A DNA stretch of 64,000 nucleotides, from NCBI GenBank assembly GCA_937935255.1, contig CALGXT010000076.1, positions 1,658-65,657 of the forward strand, in the 5' to 3' direction. Source of the DNA: an uncultured bacterium. Lineage in GTDB: Bacteria; Verrucomicrobiota; Kiritimatiellia; PWTM01. Positions 18,638 to 28,922 of the stretch are shown one piece after another (position 1 is the first letter of the stretch; every line of letters begins with the position of its first letter). A program made the translations under genes and the position numbers. The notes under the pieces are model-generated. The model saw only the letters and a list, made by a program, of their open reading frames with translations, was not told the DNA's origin and ran no database searches.

Positions 18638-21600
18638 TCACGGCTCGAATGAAAACTCCAAGTCGTTCGACCAATGTTCCGCCCAATCCACCTGAAAGGC
18701 GAAGGGGCTGCGCAGCGAGACGCTGCGCCGGCGCGCCAGTTCCAGGGTCGGCCCGCCGCCTCGATAATTGACGCGATAACTGAACTTGACCGACCGGCCC
18801 TCGTCCACCGCCGCCTTGACCGCCGGCATTTCCGCCCAGGGAATCGCCGCCTCGGTGATGCGTAGGCCGTCGCGATACACCGTGATCATCTTCGCGCCTT
18901 CCACGGGGCCTTCGTTCGGCGCTTTCGGCTGCCGGGGGTAGAAATGCTTGCGCGGCAGCGTGGGATGCGTGAGCCGCCAGACCTCGAAGCCGCCGCCGAA
19001 TTCCGGCGCCACGTGGTTCAGCGCGTACTCGTGATCGGTGCAGACCACCGGGATGAGCCGCTCCGGACTGCCGGGCAGCTTCGAAATGGAACTGCTGGGG
19101 CCCTGCTGGTCGGGCGGCAGCACGTTGAATGCAATCTGCACGTTGTCGAAGTCCGGGCTGCGGTTCCCGGCCGGCAGAATCGGATCCCTACGGTAGGTGA
19201 AACGGCGTACGCCCTCGGGCCATCGCATGGCCGCCAAACCGTCGTCGCGTGGCGCGGCCGCGGCGCCCGCCCACGGCAACGCCGGCCACGCCGCATAATC
19301 AATAACGGCATCCACGCGCGTCAAACGGGGGGCGCCGTCCAGACCGGTCCCGGCGAAGAACTCGGCTTTCAAGCCCGGCGCCTCGCCCGCTTCCGCGGCG
19401 AACAGCGCCTCCGCCGGCACCGTCATCCGCTCCCCGCCCGGCTCGATCCACTGGAACTGGGCCACGGCGCCGCCGCCGCCCTGAAAGTACTCGATGCGAA
19501 TCGGCATTCTCTTCCCGGCGGTCAGTTCGACTTCGACCTTCGAATCGGCCGGCGCGCGCCCCGACCAGTCGTTGATGACCTGCCGCCCGTCCAGCCACAG
19601 ACGCACTCCATCGTCCGTCCGTAGAATCAAGGTGTGCGGGCCGGTCGCGCGAGCCTGCAGGAAGCCGCTCCAGCGGGCGCTGAAATTTTCCGCGCCACCC
19701 TGCCCCTGCTGCGACGGGCCCACCTTTCGATACGAGATCTCCGGATAGAAAAACTGGTCGTCGTCGCGTTCGGCGAAACGCAGCGTGCCGGGATCGGGCG
19801 TGGCGTCGCTGATGCGCGCGGCGAAGTAGAAGTACTCGTCGTCGTAGGCCAGCCACGCGGTCGCGAATCCGCTCCGTCCCTCCGGGGCGAACTTCGCAAA
19901 GGGCAGCCACGCCTCCTCGGTGAGCGTCCGCGTGGCCGCGCCGGCGCCCGAGACCGCCTGCGGTATTGCGCCGCGCCAGTCGTCCAGTTGGCCGTCGATG
20001 CGGACGGTGCGGCGGACCACGCGATTTACGTGGAGCGCTTCGCGATGCACGGCCACCCCCCGATCGCCGGCGTCGAACACGAGCGACAGGGGATAGGTGT
20101 TGTCCGCCCGGGCAGCGCCCTTCACCGGAATATCGAGCCGCAGCGTCTCGCGCGGTTCCAGGCGGATGCGCGCCGGCGCCTCCGCTTGCAAGCCTTCGAT
20201 CGTCAGGCGCAACGCGCCTTCGATCGGCTGGTTGTGATGGCTGGTCAACTCCAGGCGAAGCACCGCTCCATCTTCGACCGGTTGCAGGAAGTCACGGGCG
20301 ACGATGTGGATCGGCGCCAGGCCTTCGACCCGCGCGGCGCGGAGGGCGGCGAGCAGCGCCTCGAACGATTCGGCCTTGCCGTCGGTGGCGCGCAGGAAGA
20401 AGCCGCGGTGATCGAGCGGAACGACAATCGAACCGTCCGCCGAAGGCGGCAGCCGGTTGCCGGTGAAATCGAACATGGCGAAGGGCGCATCCATGGCGGA
20501 CACAACAAGTTTCGCATCGCGATACGGCCCGCGCTCGGCCAGGCGATTCTCGATCTCGGCCTTGCGCTCCGGGGTCTCCGCGCGATTCAATTCCGAAAGG
20601 AGCTCCAGGCGCGCCCGGCTCCCGGCCAGGTCGGGGGTCTCGCCCCACAAATGCCCCCGCCCGAACAGCGCATCCAGATCGCCCAGCACCACGACCGTTC
20701 CGTCGCCGGCGTTGCCGTCGTATCCGTCGAACACGAATACCCAGGGCAGGCCACGCTCGAACAACACCTCGCGAAACGGGCGGTCGCCAATGAAATGCTG
20801 GACTGCGCCGACCGATGCGGCCAGCGGGAACGCCTGCAACGGGGCGGCGATCTGCTCGCGGCCGCGATCGCTCCAAACCTCCGCGCGGCGAACGCGCCCG
20901 TGACTCAGCACATCCACCACATTGCCGCCATATACACCCATCGCCCGGTCGTAACCCGCGGCGCGATTCGCGGCCACGACGGCCGCATAGCGGTCGTCCG
21001 TGTTGGCGACCCAGGATTCGGTGTCGAAGATGAGCACGCGGCCCTCGCGATTCTTGCGCTCGCGCCACATCTTGAAATGGGCCGGCGAATGCATGCCCTG
21101 ATAGTGGATCGAACAGAAGTCGAGATATTCCAGAAACTCGTCGCTGCCGTCGGGGAAAAACTTGTCCCAGGTGTTGGTGGAGGAGTCCGCTCCGCCGACG
21201 AGCACCTGCACGCCGAATTCCTTCTCGGCCTCGTGGACCGCCTCGGCCATCGCGCGATAGATCTCGCGGTAGCGGATCATATCCGCCTGCCAGCCGCTGA
21301 TGCTCGACCCCTCCCACGGTTCATTCCACAGCATCACGCCGGTGATCGGGCCCTTGGGCCAGCCGAACGCGCCGACCAGCTTCTTCACCTCCGCCTTGAA
21401 GTCCGCGTCCAGTTCCGGCAGCCAGACGTGATCCATTTTACCTTCGAGCATGACGCCGTCGGCGTCGAGGTGCGGCCGCGGGCGATCCAGCGGCTGCGGC
21501 GCGCCCCCCGCGCCGAATTCGGCCAGCACGGTGACGTTGCGCTCGTGCAGCGCGCGCAGCTCGCTCTCGTATCGGGCCAGCAGTCCGCGCCGCGATGAAT

Positions 21601-22231
21601 GCGCGTAGTCAATGCCCTTGCGAACCGCCCGAATATTCAGCCGTTGCAGAACCTCGGGAGGCATTTCCTCCATGGCCTGGTGCGGGTGCCGGCTGCGGCG
21701 ATCGTCCGCGGCGAACGTTCGCACGCCGTGCGTGAGCAACCGGCGTCCGCGCCCCCCCAGATCCACGATCGCCATCCAACCCAGATTCCGCTCCGGCAGG
21801 TCGAACTCAACCGTGAAATTGCTCCATCCGGGCTTGCCGTCCGCCGCGGCCGGCAAATCAACCTTGATCGGCAGCCGCTGAAGAACGCCCCGATTGCGCA
21901 CTTGTGGCAGCCATATGTCGCCGGGGATGCCTTCCGTTGCCCATTCCACGATCTCAATATGTCCCACCACATGCAACGGTGTGACGCCGGCGTGTCGCAA
22001 CTGAAATGAAAGTCGGGGCCGCTCGCCGGGCCAGAAGATGTTGGCGGGCGCATTGCTCTCGATCAGCACGGCTTCGAAACCCGCCGCCCCCTGCAGGCGC
22101 AATTCCGCATGCCAGTCCTTCATGGATTCACCGGTCTTCATCTGCGCGGACGCCCGGAAGGCCAACGACGACACCCCCGCGGCAACGGCCAGGCCGGCCA
22201 CGAACGATTTGCGATGCGCTTTCATAATCAT
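18638..22231 (-). CDS. large secreted protein with PA14 domain and carbohydrate-binding-like modules
   Basis: The ORF starts MIMKAHRKSFVAGLAVAAGVSSLAFRASAQ, a signal peptide, preceded by a GGGGAG RBS. The PA14 signature ARWSGFLQARATGPHTLILRTDDGVRLWLDGRQVINDW is present. About 1200 aa. Its stop lies 2 nt before the GH94 start. Confidence 0.6.
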   Translation of the reverse strand: MIMKAHRKSFVAGLAVAAGVSSLAFRASAQMKTGESMKDWHAELRLQGAAGFEAVLIESNAPANIFWPGERPRLSFQLRHAGVTPLHVVGHIEIVEWATEGIPGDIWLPQVRNRGVLQRLPIKVDLPAAADGKPGWSNFTVEFDLPERNLGWMAIVDLGGRGRRLLTHGVRTFAADDRRSRHPHQAMEEMPPEVLQRLNIRAVRKGIDYAHSSRRGLLARYESELRALHERNVTVLAEFGAGGAPQPLDRPRPHLDADGVMLEGKMDHVWLPELDADFKAEVKKLVGAFGWPKGPITGVMLWNEPWEGSSISGWQADMIRYREIYRAMAEAVHEAEKEFGVQVLVGGADSSTNTWDKFFPDGSDEFLEYLDFCSIHYQGMHSPAHFKMWRERKNREGRVLIFDTESWVANTDDRYAAVVAANRAAGYDRAMGVYGGNVVDVLSHGRVRRAEVWSDRGREQIAAPLQAFPLAASVGAVQHFIGDRPFREVLFERGLPWVFVFDGYDGNAGDGTVVVLGDLDALFGRGHLWGETPDLAGSRARLELLSELNRAETPERKAEIENRLAERGPYRDAKLVVSAMDAPFAMFDFTGNRLPPSADGSIVVPLDHRGFFLRATDGKAESFEALLAALRAARVEGLAPIHIVARDFLQPVEDGAVLRLELTSHHNQPIEGALRLTIEGLQAEAPARIRLEPRETLRLDIPVKGAARADNTYPLSLVFDAGDRGVAVHREALHVNRVVRRTVRIDGQLDDWRGAIPQAVSGAGAATRTLTEEAWLPFAKFAPEGRSGFATAWLAYDDEYFYFAARISDATPDPGTLRFAERDDDQFFYPEISYRKVGPSQQGQGGAENFSARWSGFLQARATGPHTLILRTDDGVRLWLDGRQVINDWSGRAPADSKVEVELTAGKRMPIRIEYFQGGGGAVAQFQWIEPGGERMTVPAEALFAAEAGEAPGLKAEFFAGTGLDGAPRLTRVDAVIDYAAWPALPWAGAAAAPRDDGLAAMRWPEGVRRFTYRRDPILPAGNRSPDFDNVQIAFNVLPPDQQGPSSSISKLPGSPERLIPVVCTDHEYALNHVAPEFGGGFEVWRLTHPTLPRKHFYPRQPKAPNEGPVEGAKMITVYRDGLRITEAAIPWAEMPAVKAAVDEGRSVKFSYRVNYRGGGPTLELARRRSVSLRSPFAFQVDWAEHWSNDLEFSFEP

Positions 22232-22407
22232 TTTCTCCCCGTCGGGTTTGGTGTGGACTCTTTTTTTTGAGGCAAGCCTCATGAAAATCTCTTGCCGTTC
22301 AGCGGCGGGCAGGGGACTGCCCGCCCTACCTTCTCAATAATCGGTAGGGCGGCGAGTCCCTCTTGGCCGACGTAGCTTTAGCGAAGTCAGCTCGCCGCCG
22401 CTATCGC

Positions 22408-24555
22408 TCACTCGATGGCGTAGACACGGCGGGCGCGGGCGCGCAGCCGGCCGTCCGTGATTTCTTCCGACGCGCCGCCCGTCAGCTCGGTCACGCGCGC
22501 CTTTCCGTCCACCGGCATTTCGAGGTCGCGGAAGGCCCAGAGGATTTTCCGCCGGGCGCCTTCGTAAATGACACCCGCCTCGTCCGGCAAGATCGTGCGG
22601 TGGAGCATGTCCGCATCCGCCGCGTTGAAAGCTTTCATCCAGGCCTTCTGCTCTTCGGTCGGCCGGTCGAGTTCGTTCTTCACGCCGCTGGAGCGCCAAC
22701 TCAGCGTGCGACTGGGAATGTGCCAGTAGAGCAGCCAGACGCAGCGATACGCGAGGCCGCGGAAGAATACATCCGAGGGGTCCGCGCCCGCCTCCCGCAA
22801 CGCCGGCCCGTCCCACACGGCGGCGAATTCACGCCACAGAAAAAGATTGTCGAGCCGCGCAACGACGGGCGGTCCCGTGCGATGCGTTCCGAAAACGCCG
22901 CAGTCCTCGCTGTTGTAGTGATAGCCGTAGCGCTGCATCTCCGCGATCAGATCGAGGTGCGCGCGGTACTGCGAGAGGATGGCCTTCGGCGGTTCCACCT
23001 CCGGACGCACCCGGCCCAACCGAACGGTTTGGTCCACCGTCGCGCCGCCCGAACCCGCGACCTGGCCGACCCAGTGAAACTTATCGCTGCTGAGGTTGAA
23101 CGAACTGTCGAGAAAGATGCCGTCGAAGCCGACCCGCTCGCGCGCCTCGCGCCAGCGCCGATGCCAGTAGGCCACCACGGCCGGATCGCGCAGGTTCAAC
23201 TGACAGAACGTGTGCGTGTAGTGATCGGCCTCGATGTGTCCGGCCGGATTGCGCACAAAGGCCTGGGGCGAACGCTCGATGACCTCGGTGATCGAGCCCT
23301 CGACGGGGAGCTGCCGGAGCCGTCCCGAATGGCCGGAGCCACGGCCGATCGAATTGAGATAGGTGTAGGTGGAAAGCGCGGTGTTGGCCCAGTGGTGGAT
23401 GGTCGCGCCGCCGGCGTGCAGCGCATCGCAGAAGCGTTTCACCTTCGCTTCGCCGACGGTCTCGGCGATTTTGTAGTCCACGGTGCAGCACATGTTGCTG
23501 ACGCCCCAGGTGTTCATGTTGTTTTCGAACTCGTTGGGGATGAAAACCTGCCGCACGCCGTAATCCAGCAGGGCCGGCGCCGCCTCGCGCGTGTAAAGAT
23601 CGAAGTCGGGCATCCCCCACTCTTCGACCATGCCGTACGGTGCGATGCGGTCCTGGCGCATGCCCAGCTCGGCGTGCAGACGCTCCGCCACCCACTCTCG
23701 CAGCGACTCCCAGAGGTTGGCGTTGGCGACGCGGTCGCGCCGGCCCGCGAACCAGAGCACCTCGACCGGCCGCGTATCGAATTCGAGCGCCAGGTCGCCG
23801 CAATGCTCGTGGGCATGGACGATCCGCGTCCACCCGCGCGGTTTCTCGAAGAGGCTGCGCACGTGGGCGACGCCGTCCACCCACGTGACGAGCGCGCCCT
23901 CGGCCGCGGCGGTCAGCGTGAAGCCGGGGAACTGCGTCTGCAACGGCAGAAACTGGAAGATGGAGGGATTGTGGCAGCCCGGCAGCCACCACTCGGTGGT
24001 GTAGTGCTCCGACGCATCGGCGAAACAATGGATCGAGGGCGCAAAACTTTGGCGCAGCCAGAATTCATTGCCGATCGCGCTGCCGCCCGGTTCCCAGGTG
24101 CCGCGGTCGAGAATCTTGTAGATGGGAATGCTCGCCGAGCGATACCGGAAACGATAGCTGAAACCCGCACCTCGCGCGCCGCGCACCTCGCGCGCCGCCG
24201 GGCGCAACTCGATCGTCAGGCGCGTGTCCGGCGCGGGCCGTGGCGCCGCCGTCCAGTCGCTGACGCGGTAGCGGTTGTGGACGCGGTGCAGCATCCACTC
24301 CATCGGGCCGCCCTCGCGGCGGCGCGGCTCCAGTTCGATCGCGAGTCCGCCCTCGGGCAGCGGCGCCTGCCCCACGACGCGCCAGTCGCACAGTTCGATG
24401 GCCTCTGGGTTGCGGATTTCCGGCAGCAGCGGCAGCGCGGGGTCGCGCATGACCCGGCCGGCGATGCGCACGGCGCCGATACCGAGCCAGCGTTCGCCCT
24501 CGGAACGAAGATGAAGCTCGCAGCCGTTGGGGAAGCGATGGATTGGGGATAGCAT
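22408..24555 (-). CDS. hypothetical protein, putative glycoside hydrolase (unclassified family)
   Basis: A 715-aa ORF starting MLSPIHRFPNGCE with a GGAG RBS. It is rich in Trp, Asp and Glu and has a FLDSSFN-type motif consistent with a TIM-barrel glycosidase. No confident family was assigned. Confidence 0.45.
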   Translation of the reverse strand: MLSPIHRFPNGCELHLRSEGERWLGIGAVRIAGRVMRDPALPLLPEIRNPEAIELCDWRVVGQAPLPEGGLAIELEPRRREGGPMEWMLHRVHNRYRVSDWTAAPRPAPDTRLTIELRPAAREVRGARGAGFSYRFRYRSASIPIYKILDRGTWEPGGSAIGNEFWLRQSFAPSIHCFADASEHYTTEWWLPGCHNPSIFQFLPLQTQFPGFTLTAAAEGALVTWVDGVAHVRSLFEKPRGWTRIVHAHEHCGDLALEFDTRPVEVLWFAGRRDRVANANLWESLREWVAERLHAELGMRQDRIAPYGMVEEWGMPDFDLYTREAAPALLDYGVRQVFIPNEFENNMNTWGVSNMCCTVDYKIAETVGEAKVKRFCDALHAGGATIHHWANTALSTYTYLNSIGRGSGHSGRLRQLPVEGSITEVIERSPQAFVRNPAGHIEADHYTHTFCQLNLRDPAVVAYWHRRWREARERVGFDGIFLDSSFNLSSDKFHWVGQVAGSGGATVDQTVRLGRVRPEVEPPKAILSQYRAHLDLIAEMQRYGYHYNSEDCGVFGTHRTGPPVVARLDNLFLWREFAAVWDGPALREAGADPSDVFFRGLAYRCVWLLYWHIPSRTLSWRSSGVKNELDRPTEEQKAWMKAFNAADADMLHRTILPDEAGVIYEGARRKILWAFRDLEMPVDGKARVTELTGGASEEITDGRLRARARRVYAIE

Positions 24556-24597
24556 AAGAAATCTCCGTGGAATCCGACTTTCGTGTCTGAGCATCGC

Positions 24598-25515
24598 TCA
24601 CACGCTCAGAACACGTGACAGACAATAGTCCAGCGAACGCGCGCGATCGGCATCCCAGGCTACGCAATGCGGGCCGCCCGACGCCTCGGCGAAGGTGGTG
24701 AAGCCATAGGTCGCGTTCCCGGCCAGTTCGACGCTCACGGTCCCCGTGCGCCATACGCACAAGTCCGGCTCCAAAATCGCGGCGACGGCCATGGGATCGT
24801 ACAACGACGGCAGGGCGAGAGCGCCCTGCGGGCTGGCGCTCCGCCACGCGGCAATCGCCGCCGCCAGACGGCGGGCGAGCGGTCGCCGAGAAGCGTTGAG
24901 CCGATCCACATGGCTTTGATCGAAGCGCACGGTATGGCCGATATCCCACGGGATGACCGTGATGGGAATGCCGCTGCTGAAGACGATATGCGCGGCCTCC
25001 GGATCGCAGCGAATATTCCATTCCGCGAAGGGTCGCTTGAATTCCGCCGCCATGGCGACGATTCTTGGAATCTTGCCGGCGATACGCCGTTCGAGCACCA
25101 GGGCGGCGGCCAGGTTGGTCATCGCCCCGATGGTCACCGGCACAATGTCGCCGTCACCGGTCATGAGCGTCTCGACAAGGAAGTTGACCGCGTGCCGCGA
25201 ATCCAGCGGGGGAAGGTCGGATTCCGGCAGACTGGTGGAATCCTGATTCGGAAGCGTATCCTCCAGGTAGGCCTTCATACCGTGATTCGGGCGCGAGGCC
25301 ATGGTCGCGCCACAGCCTACGGCGACCGGAATGCGCGCGAAATCGCCGCCGGCTATGGTCAGCACCGTTCGCGCTTGTCGCGCCCGGGCCCGCACGTTGC
25401 CAAAAACCGTGGTAACGCCCAGCAACTCCAGTTCGGGACTGCCACAGATCAGGCCCAACGCGAGGACATCGTCAATGTCATCGCCGATGTCGGTGTCGAG
25501 AAGTATTTTGGTCAT
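24598..25515 (-). CDS. inosine-uridine preferring nucleoside hydrolase family protein
   Basis: The N-terminal DTDIGDDIDD aspartate cluster is the IUNH Ca-binding signature. Length is 305 aa. Confidence 0.8.
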   Translation of the reverse strand: MTKILLDTDIGDDIDDVLALGLICGSPELELLGVTTVFGNVRARARQARTVLTIAGGDFARIPVAVGCGATMASRPNHGMKAYLEDTLPNQDSTSLPESDLPPLDSRHAVNFLVETLMTGDGDIVPVTIGAMTNLAAALVLERRIAGKIPRIVAMAAEFKRPFAEWNIRCDPEAAHIVFSSGIPITVIPWDIGHTVRFDQSHVDRLNASRRPLARRLAAAIAAWRSASPQGALALPSLYDPMAVAAILEPDLCVWRTGTVSVELAGNATYGFTTFAEASGGPHCVAWDADRARSLDYCLSRVLSV

Positions 25516-25549
25516 GGTCCGCGGTTTCCTCCACGCGAAGTTGTCATGA

Positions 25550-28500
25550 TTAGCGGTTCGTTCCCGATTCCCGCGAAGGAACGGGAACGAGTTCCGGATC
25601 GAGAATCGTCAGGTCCCAACGGCCCCAGTTCCAAGGCATGAGCCGCGCTTCGCTGGGAACATCGCTGCAGATGCTGGTGTCAAGGTTGCTCCAATAGAGG
25701 CGCTGGGTGGTCATGGCGCCGGTGCCCCGCAAGAGGCCAATATCGCCCTGCAATTGCATGCCCGCCTTTAGCGGAGGGACACCGAGCAAGTCGAGCGGCA
25801 CCGCCAGTTCGATATCTCCGCCCCGTTGGGCAAGACGAATGCGTTCGCTGACCACTTCCACGCGATCGAATTCCACCCGGCCGACCGGCGACTCGAACGG
25901 AACCCGTTCTTCCGGGCGCGTGCCGGGCACAACCGAGCGGTACAAGACCGCCGTGGGTATGCCGTCCTGGAGGGAGGCCAACAGACGCTGATCCCCCGCC
26001 ACCGGATCGCGCCGGCGAGGGTTCGCGCCGGGATCCGCCGCAATCATCAGGTCCACCGCGCCGCCACGCTTGAAGAGTAGCCGGGGTTCGCCGCTGGCGT
26101 TGGCCAGCGCATGGGGATCGCCCGTGCGCCAGGCGGCGTAGAGGACGCCGTCCACGATGCGCAGCGAGGCGGAGGCGCGATCGTCGAGGCGCACCCAACC
26201 CGTTTCCGGCCAATCCGCGAGGTTGCCGTCCACGACCGGGGGCTCTCCGCCAACCGCCACGGTCAGCGTCTGGGGACCCCGCTGACGGGAGGCCACAACG
26301 AGCGTCTCCGGCAGCCCCGCCAAACGCGCGGCATCGAGCGTGAGCGCGCCGAAATCGCGACGCCGGACGTCCTGCAGCCCGTCCACCCGGAAGATCGCGC
26401 TGTATTCCTTGCCGGCGATCAGAATTACGTCGCCCTCCTTCGTCTGGGAAAGACTCGGGCCGAAGTGCTCGTCGAGGAAGGTGACGCCCTCAACGACCAT
26501 GCCGCGGCGGTAGTCGGGGTACTTCTGGCCCATCGTCGGATGCGTGCGCATGTCGCCGCCGAGATCCTGGAGGAAGAGCCCGTCGGTCGTCATCAGGTAC
26601 ATCGAACCCTTTTCGCCGTTTACGCCGAACACGGTCCCCGCCTCGCCCCGTTGCGCGAGGAAGGGGGCGCCGAGAAAACGCTGGGCCATGATGACGTCAC
26701 CCGGATTGTGGGGGATGATTTCCCCGGCGAGGCTGGGATACTCCCACTTCCGCTCGCCGTCGCGCCAGCCGAAGATGGCGTTGTGACGGCCGGGAAGTTG
26801 ACCCCGGTGATCCCGGCCGACGGCGAGCGTCCAACCGTCGGCGGTGGTGGTGGTGTTCGAGGGCCGTTCGGCGCCGATGAGCGGCGTGAGTACAGACTCC
26901 TGCGACCAGACGGGAACGCCGTTGGGCAGGATGGTCGGCGCGGGAAATGAATGACCGCGCACGGTGAAGGACAGGTCGTCGTTGAAGCGGATGTTGTTTC
27001 CGATGTAGGCGGTGTCCGTGCGCCAGTATCGGAACTCCTCGGGCTGGGCGCGGCCGTCGCGGTTGAGGTCGGACCAGATGAGCATCGCGTAAAAGTCGAG
27101 TTTCTTTCCGTCCCCCGGATCGTCGAAGAACTCCTGCACCCCGGGGTTGCGCTCGGGGTTCCATGCGCCGTGGGCCGGCTCCCGGAGGTTGAGCGCGCCG
27201 ACCAGGGCCACCGGCCAGGCGACGCCGTCCTTGCCCAGATGCCAGATCGTGCCAATGCTGTTGTTCGAAGCCAGGGCGGCGGTGTAATTGGGTATGAGAA
27301 ACGTGTGTCCGCCGACGTGGAAGGCGTTGTCGGGAATCTGTCCCACATGACGGTCGCGGTCCAACCCGCGGAACTGCTCGGGACGCGAGAAAACGTTGTC
27401 CACCACGGCGGTGCCCTTCGCCCAGTCGAGCTTCATCGAATAGCCGCCGTTGAAGATGCCGTAGTAGAACCGGGTGCGGTCTTGCGGGTCCAACGCCCCT
27501 CCCCCGCCGTACTTCGGCCCGCCGACGAACGACCGCACGAGCGCGCCGTCCGCGGTCGACCAGACGCTGATGCGCTTGGGCAGGTGGTCGGCGTTGACGA
27601 CCCACAGTTGACCGCGCGCGTCGACCGCGAGTCCCTTCGGATAGTGCAGCCTTTCGTAGTCGAAGCCGCCCCCCAGTTGGGGACCGCCGGGCTTGCCGAA
27701 GACGCGCATAGGCCGGCCCGCGGGATCGAACTGCTTGACGACATGCAGCGAACCCCAGTCGCCGACGTACAGATTGCCGGACGGATCGAGCGCGAGCTGC
27801 TGCGCGTCCTCCAGGTGCGCGCCGATCACGACCTCCTCGCGCAGAACGGCCGGCTTCGCCGTATCCAGCGTCAGCCGCTTCACCTGCTTCGCGGTCGCCA
27901 GCAGCAGGCGACCCTGGTCGTCGAACAGCACGCCGCGCGGACCTTCCACCGGAAGGCGGCCGATCAGCCGCTTCGCGCGCGCGTCCACCACCAGCAGTTC
28001 GTTATCGTGCGGGACGCTGATCACCGCGATGCCGTTCCACACCGCGATCGAATCGCTCGTCAATCCGCCGTTCCAGACGATCGGGTTCTCGCTCTGATGC
28101 CGGAACAGCCGGAAGGTTTTACCGCCGCGCGCGAAGGCGTTGACGATGACGTCCCGCCCTCCCGGCCGCAACGCGTACAGCCATGGGGCGTCATCCCCGC
28201 GCGGCGCGTCGGGGCCGCGATCCACCGCGAGCGCGTAACCGCCGTGCCATCCGAACGGGCTGAGGCCGACGATCTTTTTCCCATCGGAATCGAGGGCCAT
28301 GAAGGCGTCGCCGCATTCGGCGGTGATCGCGCTGACGATCACCCGATCCTTCCCCTTCCCGAAATAGCCGTCATCCGATGCCGGGAGGAACACGACGCTC
28401 TGCGGCGAGGTGTGGTCGGCCAGCCAGGCCCCGCTGCGATCCGGCGTGAACCAGGGCGGCTGGCCGGGGCTCTGAATCGGAAACTCGTAGATCAACCGCA

Positions 28501-28828
28501 GTCCGTTGTGGGTCAGGCCACGGACGCGGTAGGTTCCCGGCGCGACCAACCGTCGGAGGGTCGAACCGTCCTTCTGCACCTCGCCATCGTCATAGCCGTC
28601 CCAGCTCAGCAGGTTCGGGCCCGGCGGCAGGCGGGTCGCGGCCATCAGGTTGCGCACGCGCTTGCCGTCCGCATCGTCGATGACCACCGTCACCGTGGCC
28701 GCCTGCTCGAGATCGAAGGCGATCGGGATGTTCAGCGGCGCGGGTGCGGCGGCATCCTGGGCGAAGAGCAGCCCCGGCGAAAGCAGCGCAAAGCAGAGAC
28801 GAAGGGGAGAAGAATGACGGTGAATCAT
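25550..28828 (-). CDS. large secreted hypothetical protein (beta-propeller-like repeats), candidate novel carbohydrate-active enzyme
   Basis: The ORF starts MIHRHSSPLRLCFALLSPGLLFAQDAAAP, a signal peptide, with AGGATGG upstream. About 1090 aa with repeated G/D/W-rich segments. No family assigned. Confidence 0.5.
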   Translation of the reverse strand: MIHRHSSPLRLCFALLSPGLLFAQDAAAPAPLNIPIAFDLEQAATVTVVIDDADGKRVRNLMAATRLPPGPNLLSWDGYDDGEVQKDGSTLRRLVAPGTYRVRGLTHNGLRLIYEFPIQSPGQPPWFTPDRSGAWLADHTSPQSVVFLPASDDGYFGKGKDRVIVSAITAECGDAFMALDSDGKKIVGLSPFGWHGGYALAVDRGPDAPRGDDAPWLYALRPGGRDVIVNAFARGGKTFRLFRHQSENPIVWNGGLTSDSIAVWNGIAVISVPHDNELLVVDARAKRLIGRLPVEGPRGVLFDDQGRLLLATAKQVKRLTLDTAKPAVLREEVVIGAHLEDAQQLALDPSGNLYVGDWGSLHVVKQFDPAGRPMRVFGKPGGPQLGGGFDYERLHYPKGLAVDARGQLWVVNADHLPKRISVWSTADGALVRSFVGGPKYGGGGALDPQDRTRFYYGIFNGGYSMKLDWAKGTAVVDNVFSRPEQFRGLDRDRHVGQIPDNAFHVGGHTFLIPNYTAALASNNSIGTIWHLGKDGVAWPVALVGALNLREPAHGAWNPERNPGVQEFFDDPGDGKKLDFYAMLIWSDLNRDGRAQPEEFRYWRTDTAYIGNNIRFNDDLSFTVRGHSFPAPTILPNGVPVWSQESVLTPLIGAERPSNTTTTADGWTLAVGRDHRGQLPGRHNAIFGWRDGERKWEYPSLAGEIIPHNPGDVIMAQRFLGAPFLAQRGEAGTVFGVNGEKGSMYLMTTDGLFLQDLGGDMRTHPTMGQKYPDYRRGMVVEGVTFLDEHFGPSLSQTKEGDVILIAGKEYSAIFRVDGLQDVRRRDFGALTLDAARLAGLPETLVVASRQRGPQTLTVAVGGEPPVVDGNLADWPETGWVRLDDRASASLRIVDGVLYAAWRTGDPHALANASGEPRLLFKRGGAVDLMIAADPGANPRRRDPVAGDQRLLASLQDGIPTAVLYRSVVPGTRPEERVPFESPVGRVEFDRVEVVSERIRLAQRGGDIELAVPLDLLGVPPLKAGMQLQGDIGLLRGTGAMTTQRLYWSNLDTSICSDVPSEARLMPWNWGRWDLTILDPELVPVPSRESGTNR

Positions 28829-28922
28829 GTTGAATCCATCCTGTGTGAGCCCTAGTGCGGCGCGAATCGAGCTATCGGAAGTCACCCTACCGTCGGAAGA
28901 CACCCGGCGGCAACGCGGAAAA

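Noticed and set aside
19634-21598. 654-aa plus-strand ORF inside the PA14 protein gene
   Set aside because: It is antisense to a well-supported signal-peptide/PA14 CDS and its composition is low-complexity.
26951-28855. 634-aa plus-strand ORF opposite the 1117-aa secreted protein
   Set aside because: An antisense frame with no start context. The sense strand encodes a signal-peptide protein with RBS.
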